From Vulcanimicrobiota bacterium (GTDB lineage Bacteria > Vulcanimicrobiota > Vulcanimicrobiia > Vulcanimicrobiales > Vulcanimicrobiaceae): DNA of 64,000 bases. The notes below the pieces were generated by a model. That model was given only the letters and a program-made list of their open reading frames with translations, did not search any database and was not told where the DNA came from. How positions within the stretch are numbered: position 1 is the stretch's first letter; each line of letters starts with the position of its first letter. A program made the translations under genes and the position numbers. The stretch lies in contig CAWHWQ010000001.1 in the NCBI GenBank assembly GCA_963833095.1, forward strand, positions 384,001 through 448,000, read 5' to 3'. Below are positions 1-9,844 of this stretch, one piece after another.

Positions 1-85
1 GAGCGTAGTGAGCGAAGCGAACGGAGTCGAGGGACCGACGTTATCACGGCCCCTCGACTTCGCTGCGCTACGCTCGGGGTGACAA
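1..85. repeat. REP-like palindromic intergenic repeat (GTCATCCCGAGCG...CGCTCGGGATGAC family), left end cut by window edge
   Basis: GAGCGTAG...AGTCGAGGG pairs with CCCTCGACT...CTACGCTCGGGGTGACAA; same termini at 41313-41567 and 54941-55135. Confidence 0.8.
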
Positions 86-298
86 GGAAGGTTTCGGTTT
101 TGGCGAGCCCATCATATGGCTACTCGACATCGAGTGACTTGGCTTGGGCGAGGCCATCATATGGGTGCTTTTCATCGACGACGAGCTCTTCATCGAGTGC
201 ATCGCCGACGGGCTGGGTTTGGGCGATGACATTGAGTCGGCCATCGCTGGAGCTGCCGTGAGAAACGCGGCGGCGAGGATCGCTATAAAGTAACGCAT
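68..298 (-). CDS. small secreted Ser/Met/His/Pro-rich low-complexity protein
   Basis: Signal peptide MRYFIAILAAAFLTAAPAMA, then SPKPS/HSM repeats; stop codon lies inside the repeat. Confidence 0.7.
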   Translation of the reverse strand: MRYFIAILAAAFLTAAPAMADSMSSPKPSPSAMHSMKSSSSMKSTHMMASPKPSHSMSSSHMMGSPKPKPSLSPRA

Positions 299-348
299 AT
301 CCCTGGTACGCCGCAAAGCTCCGGCTGGATTAGCGCGAGCGAAGCTCG

Positions 349-1362
349 TTAGTCGCCGATGCCGGTCGGGGCGACCTTGCCGGCAAGAACGTCGCGAACT
401 GCAACTGCAGGATAGCCGACACTCTGGTTGAGGCTGTCATCCCACGCAAGCGCGATCATGTCGCGCAGCATCGCTGCACCGCGAGCCAGTTGCAAATCGG
501 TGAACGAGACCGCCCGCGGCGAGCCTGCTTCAAAGTCGCCGGAGGCATACAGCGCATAGAGCGGTTCTACGGCCTTTGCCGTTCCGGTCAGGTAGGTACC
601 GACCATTAGCCCGATCTCGTCCTGGGTCATCAAATGCGTGGCCGGCATCGCCCTAAACGCGGGGATCAGCGCGCGCACGGCGTCGATCTTGGCATAATGA
701 TTGACGAACTGCGTCTCGAAAAACGAATGAATATGATTGGCCGTATAGTTGTGAGGGTTCGGGTAATTGCCCCAACCGTTGTAGTGGATCGTAATATGCA
801 ACGGCTGGCTCCCGTCGCCGACGAAGTGGCTCCAATCACCGATATCGCGCAGCGTTAACGTCTCGCGCAGCGACCGCTGCCACGCGAACTGCGCGCGCGC
901 ATCCGCCGTCGTCGCATGCGTTGCCAAGTAATCAAAGACTCGCCAATACGCAAGGTCCATACGAACGCGTTCGAACCCGTCCATGATCGTGTACGGCACA
1001 AAGCCCATCTTGTAGGGCGTCGTGCCGGCCCTGGCCAGTGCGTCGGCGTAGGCCGCCATGCTCTTGGGCAGCGCATCCAGGCGAACGACACCGGCAATCG
1101 TTCCGTCGTCGCCTACGTCAACGTAGTGTCCCTCGTCCCAGTCCCCGTCGTACGAGACACCCGCGCCGCGCAGCCGGTCTTCTTCGGGCCCCAGGTATGA
1201 GATTTCGTCGACCGCCGCGGTCGTGCGCAAAAATGCGGGGACCGAAGCGGGCAGTGTCTGCGCAGCTAGCCGGCTGATCATCGCGTGCCCGGCTTCGCCC
1301 CAGGCGAACGCGTTTGCGGGGAGGAGCGCGACGAGCGCGACAGCCAGAAGAAATCGCTTCAA
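349..1362 (-). CDS. S1/P1 family nuclease, secreted
   Basis: Signal peptide followed by WGEAGH; HYVD, HFVGDGSQPLH and IHSFFE zinc motifs. Confidence 0.9.
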   Translation of the reverse strand: MKRFLLAVALVALLPANAFAWGEAGHAMISRLAAQTLPASVPAFLRTTAAVDEISYLGPEEDRLRGAGVSYDGDWDEGHYVDVGDDGTIAGVVRLDALPKSMAAYADALARAGTTPYKMGFVPYTIMDGFERVRMDLAYWRVFDYLATHATTADARAQFAWQRSLRETLTLRDIGDWSHFVGDGSQPLHITIHYNGWGNYPNPHNYTANHIHSFFETQFVNHYAKIDAVRALIPAFRAMPATHLMTQDEIGLMVGTYLTGTAKAVEPLYALYASGDFEAGSPRAVSFTDLQLARGAAMLRDMIALAWDDSLNQSVGYPAVAVRDVLAGKVAPTGIGD

Positions 1363-3257
1363 GCAAAAAACTCCGTCAATTCATCGAGATGGGTGATGCG
1401 CTTCGCCGGCGGCAGCGCGCGCAGAATCGTTGCACCGTATCGGGTCGAGGCAGCACGCCCATCAAGCAACGCAACGACGCCGGTGTCGGTGGTACTGCGA
1501 ATCAAGCGCCCGAAGCCCTGCTTGAGCCGCACGATAGCGGCAGGGATCATGTACTCCTCGAATCCATCCATTCCACGCGCCTCTAGATCACGAACGCGCG
1601 CCGCAACGAGCGGATCGGCGGGTGAGGGAAACGGCAGACGATCGATGATGACGCACGAGAGCGCATCGCCCACGACGTCGATGCCCTCCCAGAAAGTTCC
1701 GGTCGCAAAGAGCACGGCGTTCGGCGTGCTGCGAAACCATTGCAAAAGATGCGAGCGCGGCAGCTCGCCTTGCAGTTTCACGGGGAACGGCAAACGCTCG
1801 CGCAGCAACCCATACACCTCGCGCAGCCGCGCGTAGGACGTGAAGAGCACGAACGCGCGGCCACGGCAACGATCCAGGCACTCTTCGACGATCGGCGCCG
1901 CTTTTCGCGCAAAATCGTTGGCCTTGGGATTGAGGTCGGCCGGCGCAAGATAGAGTCGCGCTTGCCGCGCGTAGTCGAACGGCGACGGCGCGATCAGTTC
2001 TTGGGCGTCGCTCACGCCCAGCGACCGTTTGAGGAAATCGAAGCTGCCGTCGATCGAGATGGTCGCGCTGGTCAACACGACGCTCGAGGTGCGGGCAAAG
2101 AGCGCGGCGCGTAAGAACTCGGCCACATCGAAGGGGGCGCTGTTCACTTCGTAGCGACCGTCGCGTTCGCCGCGCTCAACCCAGGCGATCGCCTCGTCGG
2201 CCGGGAGCGCAGCGCGATCGATCGCGCCCTGATGCGCCAAAATCGCGCGCATCGCCAGATCCCGGCGGCGTTCGGCTTCCGCGTCGTTCTCGACCCGCTT
2301 TTTCAAGGCCGAGTGCCAGTTGGCATAAAGCCAGTTCTCGAGTTTGTAGAGCGTCCCGCGCACGCTTTCGAGCGCCGGCCAGGCATGCTCGTTGGCACCG
2401 AGCGGATAGCGATCGCCCGGAACGCTCGCCAGCGCCGACTCGAGCGAACGCATTCCCTCGTCGAACTCACCGTCGAATGACGCGGGCAAGGTGTAGGTGC
2501 GGTGCAGCTTACGCATCATGCGGCCGAGCGTACCGCGCGATATCGTCGCGGTCAGCGCATCGGTGGCCCAGCGTTCGCATTGATGGGCTTCGTCGAGGAT
2601 GGCGACGTCGTAGGGCGGCAACAGGCCACCCCCGACCGCCAGATCCAGAAAGAACAACGCGTGATTGACCACGATGATGTCGGCGTATTTGGCTTCATCG
2701 CGCTTTTTGAAAAACCAGCAATCTCGGAAATGCTCGCAAAACTCACCGGTGCAATCATCCGCATCAGCATCAAGTGTCTCCCACTCATCGCCCGGCGGCA
2801 GAAAGGGCAGCTCGGCGCGATCGCCGGTTTGCGTGCGCGCCGCCCACGTCCAGATCTCTTCCATCGTGCGCGACGAGGCGATGAGGCGCTCCGCGCGCAT
2901 GCGCTCGTACTTCTGCTTGCACAGGTAGTGATTGCGCCCTTTGAGGAGCGTCACGCGGACCGGAATGCCAAGCGCGCGCTGGACCAGCGGAATATCTTTG
3001 CGCACGAGTTGCTCTTGCAACGCGATCGTGCCGGTGGAAAGCACGATTTTCTTGCCGCTGCGCACTGCCGGCACGAGATAGGCAAGCGATTTGCCCACGC
3101 CCGTGCCCGCCTCGACGATCGTGTGCATCCCTTCGAGGATGCCGCGCTCGATCGATTGCGCCATTTGCACTTGGCCCGGACGCGCTTCGAAACCCGGCAG
3201 CGCACGCGCAAGCGGTCCGCCCGGCGCGAAGAGCTCCTCGGTGGTCAGGCTATTCAT
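1359..3257 (-). CDS. dinG: DinG/YoaA family ATP-dependent DNA helicase
   Basis: EAGTGVGKS, KGRNHYLC, Fe-S cysteines, DEAH, FWEGIDV, QGFGRLIR. Confidence 0.93.
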   Translation of the reverse strand: MNSLTTEELFAPGGPLARALPGFEARPGQVQMAQSIERGILEGMHTIVEAGTGVGKSLAYLVPAVRSGKKIVLSTGTIALQEQLVRKDIPLVQRALGIPVRVTLLKGRNHYLCKQKYERMRAERLIASSRTMEEIWTWAARTQTGDRAELPFLPPGDEWETLDADADDCTGEFCEHFRDCWFFKKRDEAKYADIIVVNHALFFLDLAVGGGLLPPYDVAILDEAHQCERWATDALTATISRGTLGRMMRKLHRTYTLPASFDGEFDEGMRSLESALASVPGDRYPLGANEHAWPALESVRGTLYKLENWLYANWHSALKKRVENDAEAERRRDLAMRAILAHQGAIDRAALPADEAIAWVERGERDGRYEVNSAPFDVAEFLRAALFARTSSVVLTSATISIDGSFDFLKRSLGVSDAQELIAPSPFDYARQARLYLAPADLNPKANDFARKAAPIVEECLDRCRGRAFVLFTSYARLREVYGLLRERLPFPVKLQGELPRSHLLQWFRSTPNAVLFATGTFWEGIDVVGDALSCVIIDRLPFPSPADPLVAARVRDLEARGMDGFEEYMIPAAIVRLKQGFGRLIRSTTDTGVVALLDGRAASTRYGATILRALPPAKRITHLDELTEFFA

Positions 3258-3928
3258 TGATGCGATTGATGCGGAGGTTCAGGCGTTTGGTACTCGGTTT
3301 CGTACTGGTGACCGGTAGCTGCATCGACCACGACCGGTGCGACGCGACGCGGCGGCGTGTAAATCGCAAGCGTCAGCAAGAATCCCGCTATGAGACCGCT
3401 TACATGCGCTTGCCACGAGATCGAAGGCACGGTGAAGGTGATAAAAAGGTTGAGGATCAGGATTCCGACGTTCGCCCGCACGAGCTGCATGCCGGGGCGC
3501 CCAAGTTTGAGTCCGATCGCAAAGAGGGCTCCGAAGAGTCCGAAAATCGCGCCGCTTGCACCGAGCGTCGGGACCATTGCGTTTGCCGGCGCGCTCAAGT
3601 ACACGACGCCGATTCCCGAGACGATCAGCGAAGCAAAATAGATTATTGCCATGCGCGGCGAGCCGACCGCCATTTCGATGAAGCGCCCCAGCGACCAGAG
3701 GGAAATCATGTTCACACCGATGTGCAGCAATCCGCCGTGCAGAAATGCCGACGTGAGGATGCGCCACCATTGACCGTCAACCAGCACCGACGCCGGCCAG
3801 AGCGCACCCGCGTTGAGCACCGTGAGCTCGTTGCCGCCGCCCATCATCGAAAGCATGCCCGGCCCGGCAACGACGACTTCCCAGACGAATACGAGGACGT
3901 TGGCCAACACAAGTGCGCGAGTGATCAT
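3254..3928 (-). CDS. rhomboid family intramembrane serine protease
   Basis: WWR, FLHGGLLHIGVNM, GASG, AHVSG. Confidence 0.93.
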   Translation of the reverse strand: MITRALVLANVLVFVWEVVVAGPGMLSMMGGGNELTVLNAGALWPASVLVDGQWWRILTSAFLHGGLLHIGVNMISLWSLGRFIEMAVGSPRMAIIYFASLIVSGIGVVYLSAPANAMVPTLGASGAIFGLFGALFAIGLKLGRPGMQLVRANVGILILNLFITFTVPSISWQAHVSGLIAGFLLTLAIYTPPRRVAPVVVDAATGHQYETEYQTPEPPHQSHQ

Positions 3929-4593
3929 GCCGCGAGGACCGTCACGAGGCCGGCGAGTTCGAGCGAGATCGCGTGGCGCTTCCCGTCGATTGCGATGGTG
4001 AGCGGTCCGCCCAGCGGCGCCTTTTGCTCCAGCGTGATCTCAACACCCGGACGCAGCCCGATTTCGGCGAGGTAGCGCAGAATCTCGGGAAATTCTTCGG
4101 TGACGCTTTCGACGCGGCCACGCGTACCTTCAGGAACTTGCGCGAGCGGTTCGCCGATGCGCACGGGGTTGGTCAAATCGGCGGGCGGAATCGGTTGGCC
4201 GTGCGGACAGGTCGTCGGGTCTTTGAGCAACGTCAACAGACGCGCTTCCACATTGGATGAGATGGCATGTTCGAGCATACACGCTTCGTCGTGCACTTGA
4301 TCCCATGGCATGCCCAGCACGTCGGTCAGAAGGCGTTCGGCTAAGCGATGGCGCCGCAACACGCGCACACCGACCGCCAGGCCTTTTTCGGTGAGTTTGA
4401 CCTCGCCGCGCGAGACCTGCTCCAAGTAACCATCCTTTGCAAGCTTCTTGAGCATGCCTGAAACCGATGCGGGCGCAACGCCGAGCGACGATGCAAGCCC
4501 CGAGGTCGTAACCCCGGGCCCCTCGCGCTCCAAACGATAGACCGCCTCGAGATACTCCTCGACGGATTCGGCAAAGTGGCTATGACCGGACAT
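3925..4593 (-). CDS. DtxR/MntR family metal-dependent regulator with C-terminal FeoA/SH3 domain
   Basis: EEYLEAVY, RRHRLAERLL, EACMLEHAIS, CPHGQPIP. Confidence 0.92.
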   Translation of the reverse strand: MSGHSHFAESVEEYLEAVYRLEREGPGVTTSGLASSLGVAPASVSGMLKKLAKDGYLEQVSRGEVKLTEKGLAVGVRVLRRHRLAERLLTDVLGMPWDQVHDEACMLEHAISSNVEARLLTLLKDPTTCPHGQPIPPADLTNPVRIGEPLAQVPEGTRGRVESVTEEFPEILRYLAEIGLRPGVEITLEQKAPLGGPLTIAIDGKRHAISLELAGLVTVLAA

Positions 4594-5612
4594 GGCTCAT
4601 CAGAACTTCGCGATGTAGCGCCGACTTCGCTGCTGGGGGCAGAAACGACGCATCGGCGGCGTTCGCGATGAAGCGCTGCAGCGTCTCGAGACCCGCGAGG
4701 CTGCGCAACCAGCGCATATTCTTCTGAAATCGAGGTGCCGAAGATTGCCGGATCGTCGGCGTCGATCGTCACGCGCACGCCGCTCGCGTCGAGCTGATGC
4801 AACGGATGCTCGACATCGGCGGGAACGACGCCGGTGCGGGCATTCGAGGTGGGCGAGATTTCGAGCGCAACGTCGCGTTCGCGTAGCAACGCAATCACGT
4901 TCGGGTCTTCGAGCGCGCGAACGCCGTGACCGATGCGCTCGGCCCCGATCGCGAGTGCCCCGTGGACGCTCGATGCTCCGGCGGCCTCGCCGGCGTGGGC
5001 GACGGTGTGTAAACCCTGCGCGCGTGCAAAGGCAAAAACGCCGGCGAAAAGCTCCGGCGGAAAGTTGGCTTCGTCGCCGCCGAGTCCGATGCCGATGACG
5101 CCATCGCCCGCGAGCGACGCGGCAAGCTGCGCCGTGCGCATCGCCGACTCTGCGCCAAAGTTGCGCGTCACATCGACGATGAGCGAGAGTTCGACGCCAT
5201 GGATGCGCGCCGCACGCAGTTCGGCAACCATCGAACGAATCGTGGCCGCAAGATCGAGATCGCGATGGAAAAACGACCAGACCGACGGTGAGATGAAGAG
5301 CTCGCCGTACACCACATTTTGCGCAAGCGCATCGGCGACGAACTCACGCGCCAGTCGCGCGTAATCGTCGGGCGAGGCAAGCGCCCGGCTTACGGCGGCA
5401 AAAATCAACAAGAACTCGGGAAAACCGGTGAACTGGTAAACCTCTGCCGGATCGGTGGGCCCCGGAACCTCGGCTTGGCCAGGCCGATACCGAGTCGAAA
5501 GCCCGTAGCGCCGGGTCAGCTCGACAAAAGTCTGCGCCCGAAGGCTACCTTCGAGGTGGCAGTGGAGGTGAATCTTTGGTAGACTCGCGATGGCCGGATC
5601 CGTCGACTGCAT
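4580..5612 (-). CDS. add: adenosine deaminase (single frameshift near 4700)
   Basis: HLHCHLEGS, HAGEA, RIGHG, DADDP; removing 1 nt near 4700 restores C-terminus LETLQRFIANAADASFL...stop at 4580. Confidence 0.9.
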
Positions 5613-5669
5613 TGTTTCGATGGTTTCGGAAGGAAAGGCATTCGACCCGCCGTATCCAAGCATGCCCAT

Positions 5670-5745
<76 letters not shown>

Positions 5746-5749
5746 TGTG

Positions 5750-5790
5750 CAGGTCCAACAACGGAAACGTTGTTGGACCTGTTTTTATTT
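5750..5790 (+). terminator. intrinsic terminator after tRNA
   Basis: CAGGTCCAACAACG-GAAA-CGTTGTTGGACCTG then TTTTT. Confidence 0.85.
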
Positions 5791-5905
5791 CCGGTGCGAG
5801 TTGTTGGACCAGTCGGCTCTAGTTGTTGGGCCACGCACCACCCCTTTGTTAGACCGCGATGCGGTCTAAGCATGATCGCAGTCCGCGAGGCGAATATCTA
5901 CGGAT

Positions 5906-6220
5906 TCAGCGGCTTCCCAAGACCCGGGCTACGGGCCGACAATTAGCCCCGAAATTGTTTGGGTATGCGCGAAGCTCAGGGAAGGCTAGCGTCATGGAAT
6001 CATTTAAGAGTATCCGTTGCTTAGCTCGGCTTGAGACTACGCCGTGACGATAGAGCACGCCAAAAAGCAGTTGTGCAATCGAGAGGCTTCGCGGCACGTC
6101 CCGCGGAGCCGTCGAGTCTATGTACTCATCGATAGCTGTGAGCGCCGCGCGAGTCGCCACCTCGACCTCGTCGACCCGATACTCGTCGCTATAAAGATAG
6201 GCTATTACGGTTTCGCTCAA
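5906..6220 (-). CDS. hypothetical protein, possibly the frameshifted C-terminus of the upstream RelA/SpoT-like protein
   Basis: TTG start overlaps upstream TGA; same frame is open a few codons further upstream (SATSRLSET). Confidence 0.5.
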   Translation of the reverse strand: MSETVIAYLYSDEYRVDEVEVATRAALTAIDEYIDSTAPRDVPRSLSIAQLLFGVLYRHGVVSSRAKQRILLNDSMTLAFPELRAYPNNFGANCRPVARVLGSR

Positions 6221-6912
6221 GCGGCTCGTCGCACTGGCTGTAGTTCCGCTGGCAACCGCCCTGCTGAAAACAGATCGTTCATGAAAGTAACGAGTTCATT
6301 CTTGGCCGTCACTTCTGGCCAGTTGGACGTTGTAACTATCCCCTCGAGTTCATCGAAGTGCTCGCCTATCGCGTCAAGCTGTTCCACCTGCGCCTTCATT
6401 TGCGCAGCGACACGTACACGCCGCCAACTCACAGTCGGATGCTTATAAACGAGGTCATGCGTAACGGTCTGCCAAGCGTATTCAAAGGCGGACTGAACCT
6501 GGATTTCAAAAGTTAAAGCGTCCAGTGTTTCACGACCTACCGAAGGCTTAAGCGAGCAATACACGCGTGTTCCATCAAACATAAACCGATCAGGTGCCTT
6601 CTTCTTGCTACCCCGAGCTTGGATGTGACGGACGTCGAACACGTCCCTAACGAAATCTAAAACGTGCTCCTCGCGATGAAACGTGGGTATCACGATGGTC
6701 GCAGCATAGACGTCATTCATCGCGCGCCGACTGGCAATGCGACCCGTATCGATTTTCTCAGAGACCGACTCAACCGTCTTGATGCGACCGTTGAAGAGAT
6801 ACAAATTTCCAGTGCAGAAGTGGTCCAAAGTCGACTTCACAATCGCCTCGAGAGCGCGAAATCGATCGAGATTTTCGTTATACCATTGCTGTACTTCGAC
6901 CGGAATGATCAC
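6217..6912 (-). CDS. RelA/SpoT-like nucleotidyltransferase (small alarmone synthetase-like) protein
   Basis: RIKTVES, NDVYA, FEIQVQS, AWQTVTHDLVYK. Confidence 0.78.
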   Translation of the reverse strand: MIIPVEVQQWYNENLDRFRALEAIVKSTLDHFCTGNLYLFNGRIKTVESVSEKIDTGRIASRRAMNDVYAATIVIPTFHREEHVLDFVRDVFDVRHIQARGSKKKAPDRFMFDGTRVYCSLKPSVGRETLDALTFEIQVQSAFEYAWQTVTHDLVYKHPTVSWRRVRVAAQMKAQVEQLDAIGEHFDELEGIVTTSNWPEVTAKNELVTFMNDLFSAGRLPAELQPVRRAA

Positions 6913-7290
6913 CTGAGCAAGTCGTCTAAGCCGCCGGCGAGCAATTGGGTCAGAACAACTGCTCGCGTCTTCCGGGGTCCCGTGTCGTTTGAGGCGGATC
7001 TCGCAGCGTTGTAATACTCAGCCAACACCGGATTCGCCTCGCGGACCTCCCCGTCTTCAAGGACCGATACGAAGCGAGCGAGGCGACCAGCACTCGACGC
7101 AGGGTCCAAAACACCACCGCCCTCAAGTGCCGAATCCACCGCTCCAAAGAGTGAGTAATAGTCGGCCTGGTTTCGCAATCGCGTAGTCCTAAGATTTACG
7201 CCGCCCCCGGATCGTAATATGCGATCAAGCATCTCAAACGAGGCGCGAAATCGTCTTTCGATGGCCGTTTCTGCTTCCCACTCCGAAGAT
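6909..7290 (-). pseudogene. 3' fragment of a probable DUF262-family protein
   Basis: EWE...RFR...RLRNQADYYSLFGAV...YYNAARSASND resembles DUF262 protein C-termini (from memory); frame open only to ~7305. Confidence 0.5.
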
Positions 7291-7318
7291 TCGCACTGAG
7301 GCGTGGGTTACCACAGGA

Positions 7319-7594
7319 ATGGCTTTGAGCAACGCTGGCAACGACGGACGAGATTTTGAGCAGCAGTTGGCGCTTGCCCAAGCAATCTACGAGGATCGGA
7401 GTAAGGCGGTTCACGCAGGGTTCGAGCCAGAACACGTGTACCTCGCGCGGAAGATGGCGCTCGGCCCGATAGAGGCAATGATACGAAAGCAGCACGAACT
7501 CCCGACGCGCAGAAAAATCAAGGAGAGGCTAGAGCCATACGTGCCACCAGAGCCCCCAAAGTCGTCTCCCGAACAGACATCTCCCGTATCCTAG
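7319..7594 (+). pseudogene. 3' fragment of an Apea-like HEPN domain protein
   Basis: IYEDRSKAVHAG fits the Y-x2-RS-x2-VH (Rx4H) HEPN motif; N-terminal part missing. Confidence 0.55.
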
Positions 7595-7737
7595 TTAGGC
7601 AACTGTTCGTGATCGACGCAGCGGCCCGACGAACGTTCACGCCTTGCTTTGAGAGGTGAGTCGTGGTGTGGTGGTCCCGTACGATCTACGAACTGGGCCC
7701 AGGCCGATTGTGTTGCGCGCGTCGAAGAAATTTGTAA

Positions 7738-8490
7738 ATGGATTCGCCAGACCCGCTAGCCGAAGCGAACTTAAAGATCAAATGGGCCGACAAACGCATC
7801 AAGAAGATTGACGTTCTCGCGCACAACTATATTCACAATGGGTGCTTCCGCGTCGACATTGAACACGACGCGGAAGCAGGAAAGAAGCACGCCAAGCTTC
7901 GGCTCGTCGGCGACATACCTGATGATCTGATCGACGAAACGCACGCGGCGCTTGGGTTTCTTCGTGGTTCCCTCGATTCGATCGCCTGGGCCGTAGCCAA
8001 TAGGTCCGGTCCGCCCAAACATCCGAAGACCGTCGCGTTTCCGGTTGGAGAGAGCCAGCAAGCTTTCGAAAGTGCCGGCACTCAGGGAAAAATAGAGCAA
8101 GTTGGGGCCGATTGGGCCGCGTTCGTTGCAACGCTGAAACCATACCGTGGAGGGAATGATCTCCTCTACGATCTCCACACCTTTAACAACGCGGACAAAC
8201 ACCAGACACTTACTCGAATCGGGCAAAACAGCGATCTCTCCAGCTTCAGGGCTCAGTGGCAAGGCGAAGTCAGCTTCAATGTCGCCATGTTCGGCTTTGC
8301 GCTGGACGACGGCGACATACTCGTTACCGTTAACGAGTCTGACCCCGACCCGATGTTGAAGTTGAAGATGGGTATAGCGTTCTGCGAGGTTGGTCCCGAC
8401 AAGATTCGCGGGAAGCTGGTCGTAGCAACGCTCAAGCAGTTTTCGAGTCTTTGCGCTGGTATCGTCAAAGCCGCGCGTTCGCTGTTCTAA
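7738..8490 (+). CDS. hypothetical island protein
   Basis: 250-aa ORF with globular composition; PYRGGN and NNADKH segments. Confidence 0.7.
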   Translation: MDSPDPLAEANLKIKWADKRIKKIDVLAHNYIHNGCFRVDIEHDAEAGKKHAKLRLVGDIPDDLIDETHAALGFLRGSLDSIAWAVANRSGPPKHPKTVAFPVGESQQAFESAGTQGKIEQVGADWAAFVATLKPYRGGNDLLYDLHTFNNADKHQTLTRIGQNSDLSSFRAQWQGEVSFNVAMFGFALDDGDILVTVNESDPDPMLKLKMGIAFCEVGPDKIRGKLVVATLKQFSSLCAGIVKAARSLF

Positions 8491-8593
8491 TTGGTCTTCT
8501 TTTTACTCGCGCACGTCGAACGCGCCGACCGGATCGGCATCCGACGCTCGATAGCCAAGGCAGGTCCGCTAAGCCAAGTCCGGCTGACGGCGA

Positions 8594-9013
8594 TTACTCA
8601 AATCGTTTGCCGATGTTGCCGACGCCTTTTCCAGCATAGCGCCCGGCAATGGTGTCGGCGTCGGCCTTGTAAGGTATCTTTCCCGTAACACCGAGTTCCC
8701 GCAACGCCGCCCTGACGCGATTTACATCGGCAGAATCTTCGTAATCATACGTGTAGACACAAATCACGCGGCCGCTTTTTCCTGCACTAGCTGCGCTGGT
8801 TGACATTTTTGCGGTAGAGCCTAGCAGACCACGAATCGTAGCATCGCTAATCTTCTTCCAAACAACCTCTGCGTTGTTTTCCGAGACAAAAATTAGCCAC
8901 TTGCCACCGCGCTCCGCGTGGTCAGGATACGACCCGGCCTTCTTCGAACGGAAGGCCCAAAGCCACCACGGGTCCTCGAAGCGCTCGATGGATTCAGTCT
9001 TGCGCTTACTCAT
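8594..9013 (-). CDS. DUF1917-like (eIF4E-like fold / putative phosphothreonine lyase domain) protein
   Basis: GKWLIFV, WKKI, AKMST, VICVYTYDYED, YKADADT. Confidence 0.7.
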   Translation of the reverse strand: MSKRKTESIERFEDPWWLWAFRSKKAGSYPDHAERGGKWLIFVSENNAEVVWKKISDATIRGLLGSTAKMSTSAASAGKSGRVICVYTYDYEDSADVNRVRAALRELGVTGKIPYKADADTIAGRYAGKGVGNIGKRFE

Positions 9014-9016
9014 CCA

Positions 9017-9385
9017 TTACCGGACTAGCTCTGCTGCATAGTGTCCGCCCTTATAATGCAGCGCGTAGTGCTGTGATCCGTCCGTGGAGGTTAGAACGCA
9101 CAATTCCACCTCGTCGGCCGTTCCTGGAGGCAGATTGCCGATCATCTTGCCGTCTGACCCCATGTTGTACGCGAAGTTTGCAACGTAAACGTGGCCGTCA
9201 TCGAGTTCAACGTCCTTGCCGATTCCGTTCATACCGAGAGGGAGCATCTTGGCTCTCATCGCTTCGTACTTAGGACTCTGGTCGTCCGTAACTTGGACGA
9301 CGTGTCTCGTTGAACACGGGTTTGACGAACAGGCAGCAACAAGCGAGACGGAGAGCAGCGCTACGGCAAAACGAGGCTTAGCCAC
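9017..9385 (-). CDS. hypothetical lipoprotein
   Basis: Hydrophobic stretch ending in lipobox LVAAC. Confidence 0.6.
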   Translation of the reverse strand: MAKPRFAVALLSVSLVAACSSNPCSTRHVVQVTDDQSPKYEAMRAKMLPLGMNGIGKDVELDDGHVYVANFAYNMGSDGKMIGNLPPGTADEVELCVLTSTDGSQHYALHYKGGHYAAELVR

Positions 9386-9844
9386 AGGGTAGAGGTTTCA
9401 CGGCTGGGCGGTCTTTTACCTGATCCGAGAGTCCAGAACTCTCGAAGGTGCGCCAGACAGACGACCTCGGGATCGCGCCCGCTGTCACACAAGGCGTGGC
9501 GTACACGAGTCAGGAGTTCCAAGAGGTGCGGCGCGCTTTGCTGGCGTGCAATGATGCTGACCGCGCATTCCTTCGGCGCTGGCTACTGGCCTGGGTGGAT
9601 GATCGCGGGCGAATCCGCCGCGACGCGGGCCTCTGCCTGATCGCGGTGAGCCTGAACGACGGGGATGAGCTCTTCGCCGTCCCTGGATAGATCGCGACGG
9701 TGTCTACCGATTTCGGTAGTCCGTTGTACCCAGAATTGCGACGACAAGGCCCGGCTACATCGGTGTTTCGGGCACCTAAAGTCGAGAGCGCCAGTAGTAT
9801 GCGGTACGATATACTCGGTAGCGCGCTGAGGAGGCGCTTTGACA

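Noticed and set aside
4341..4700. Long C-terminal extension of adenosine deaminase overlapping mntR
   Set aside because: Artefact of one extra base near 4700; the corrected frame ends at 4580
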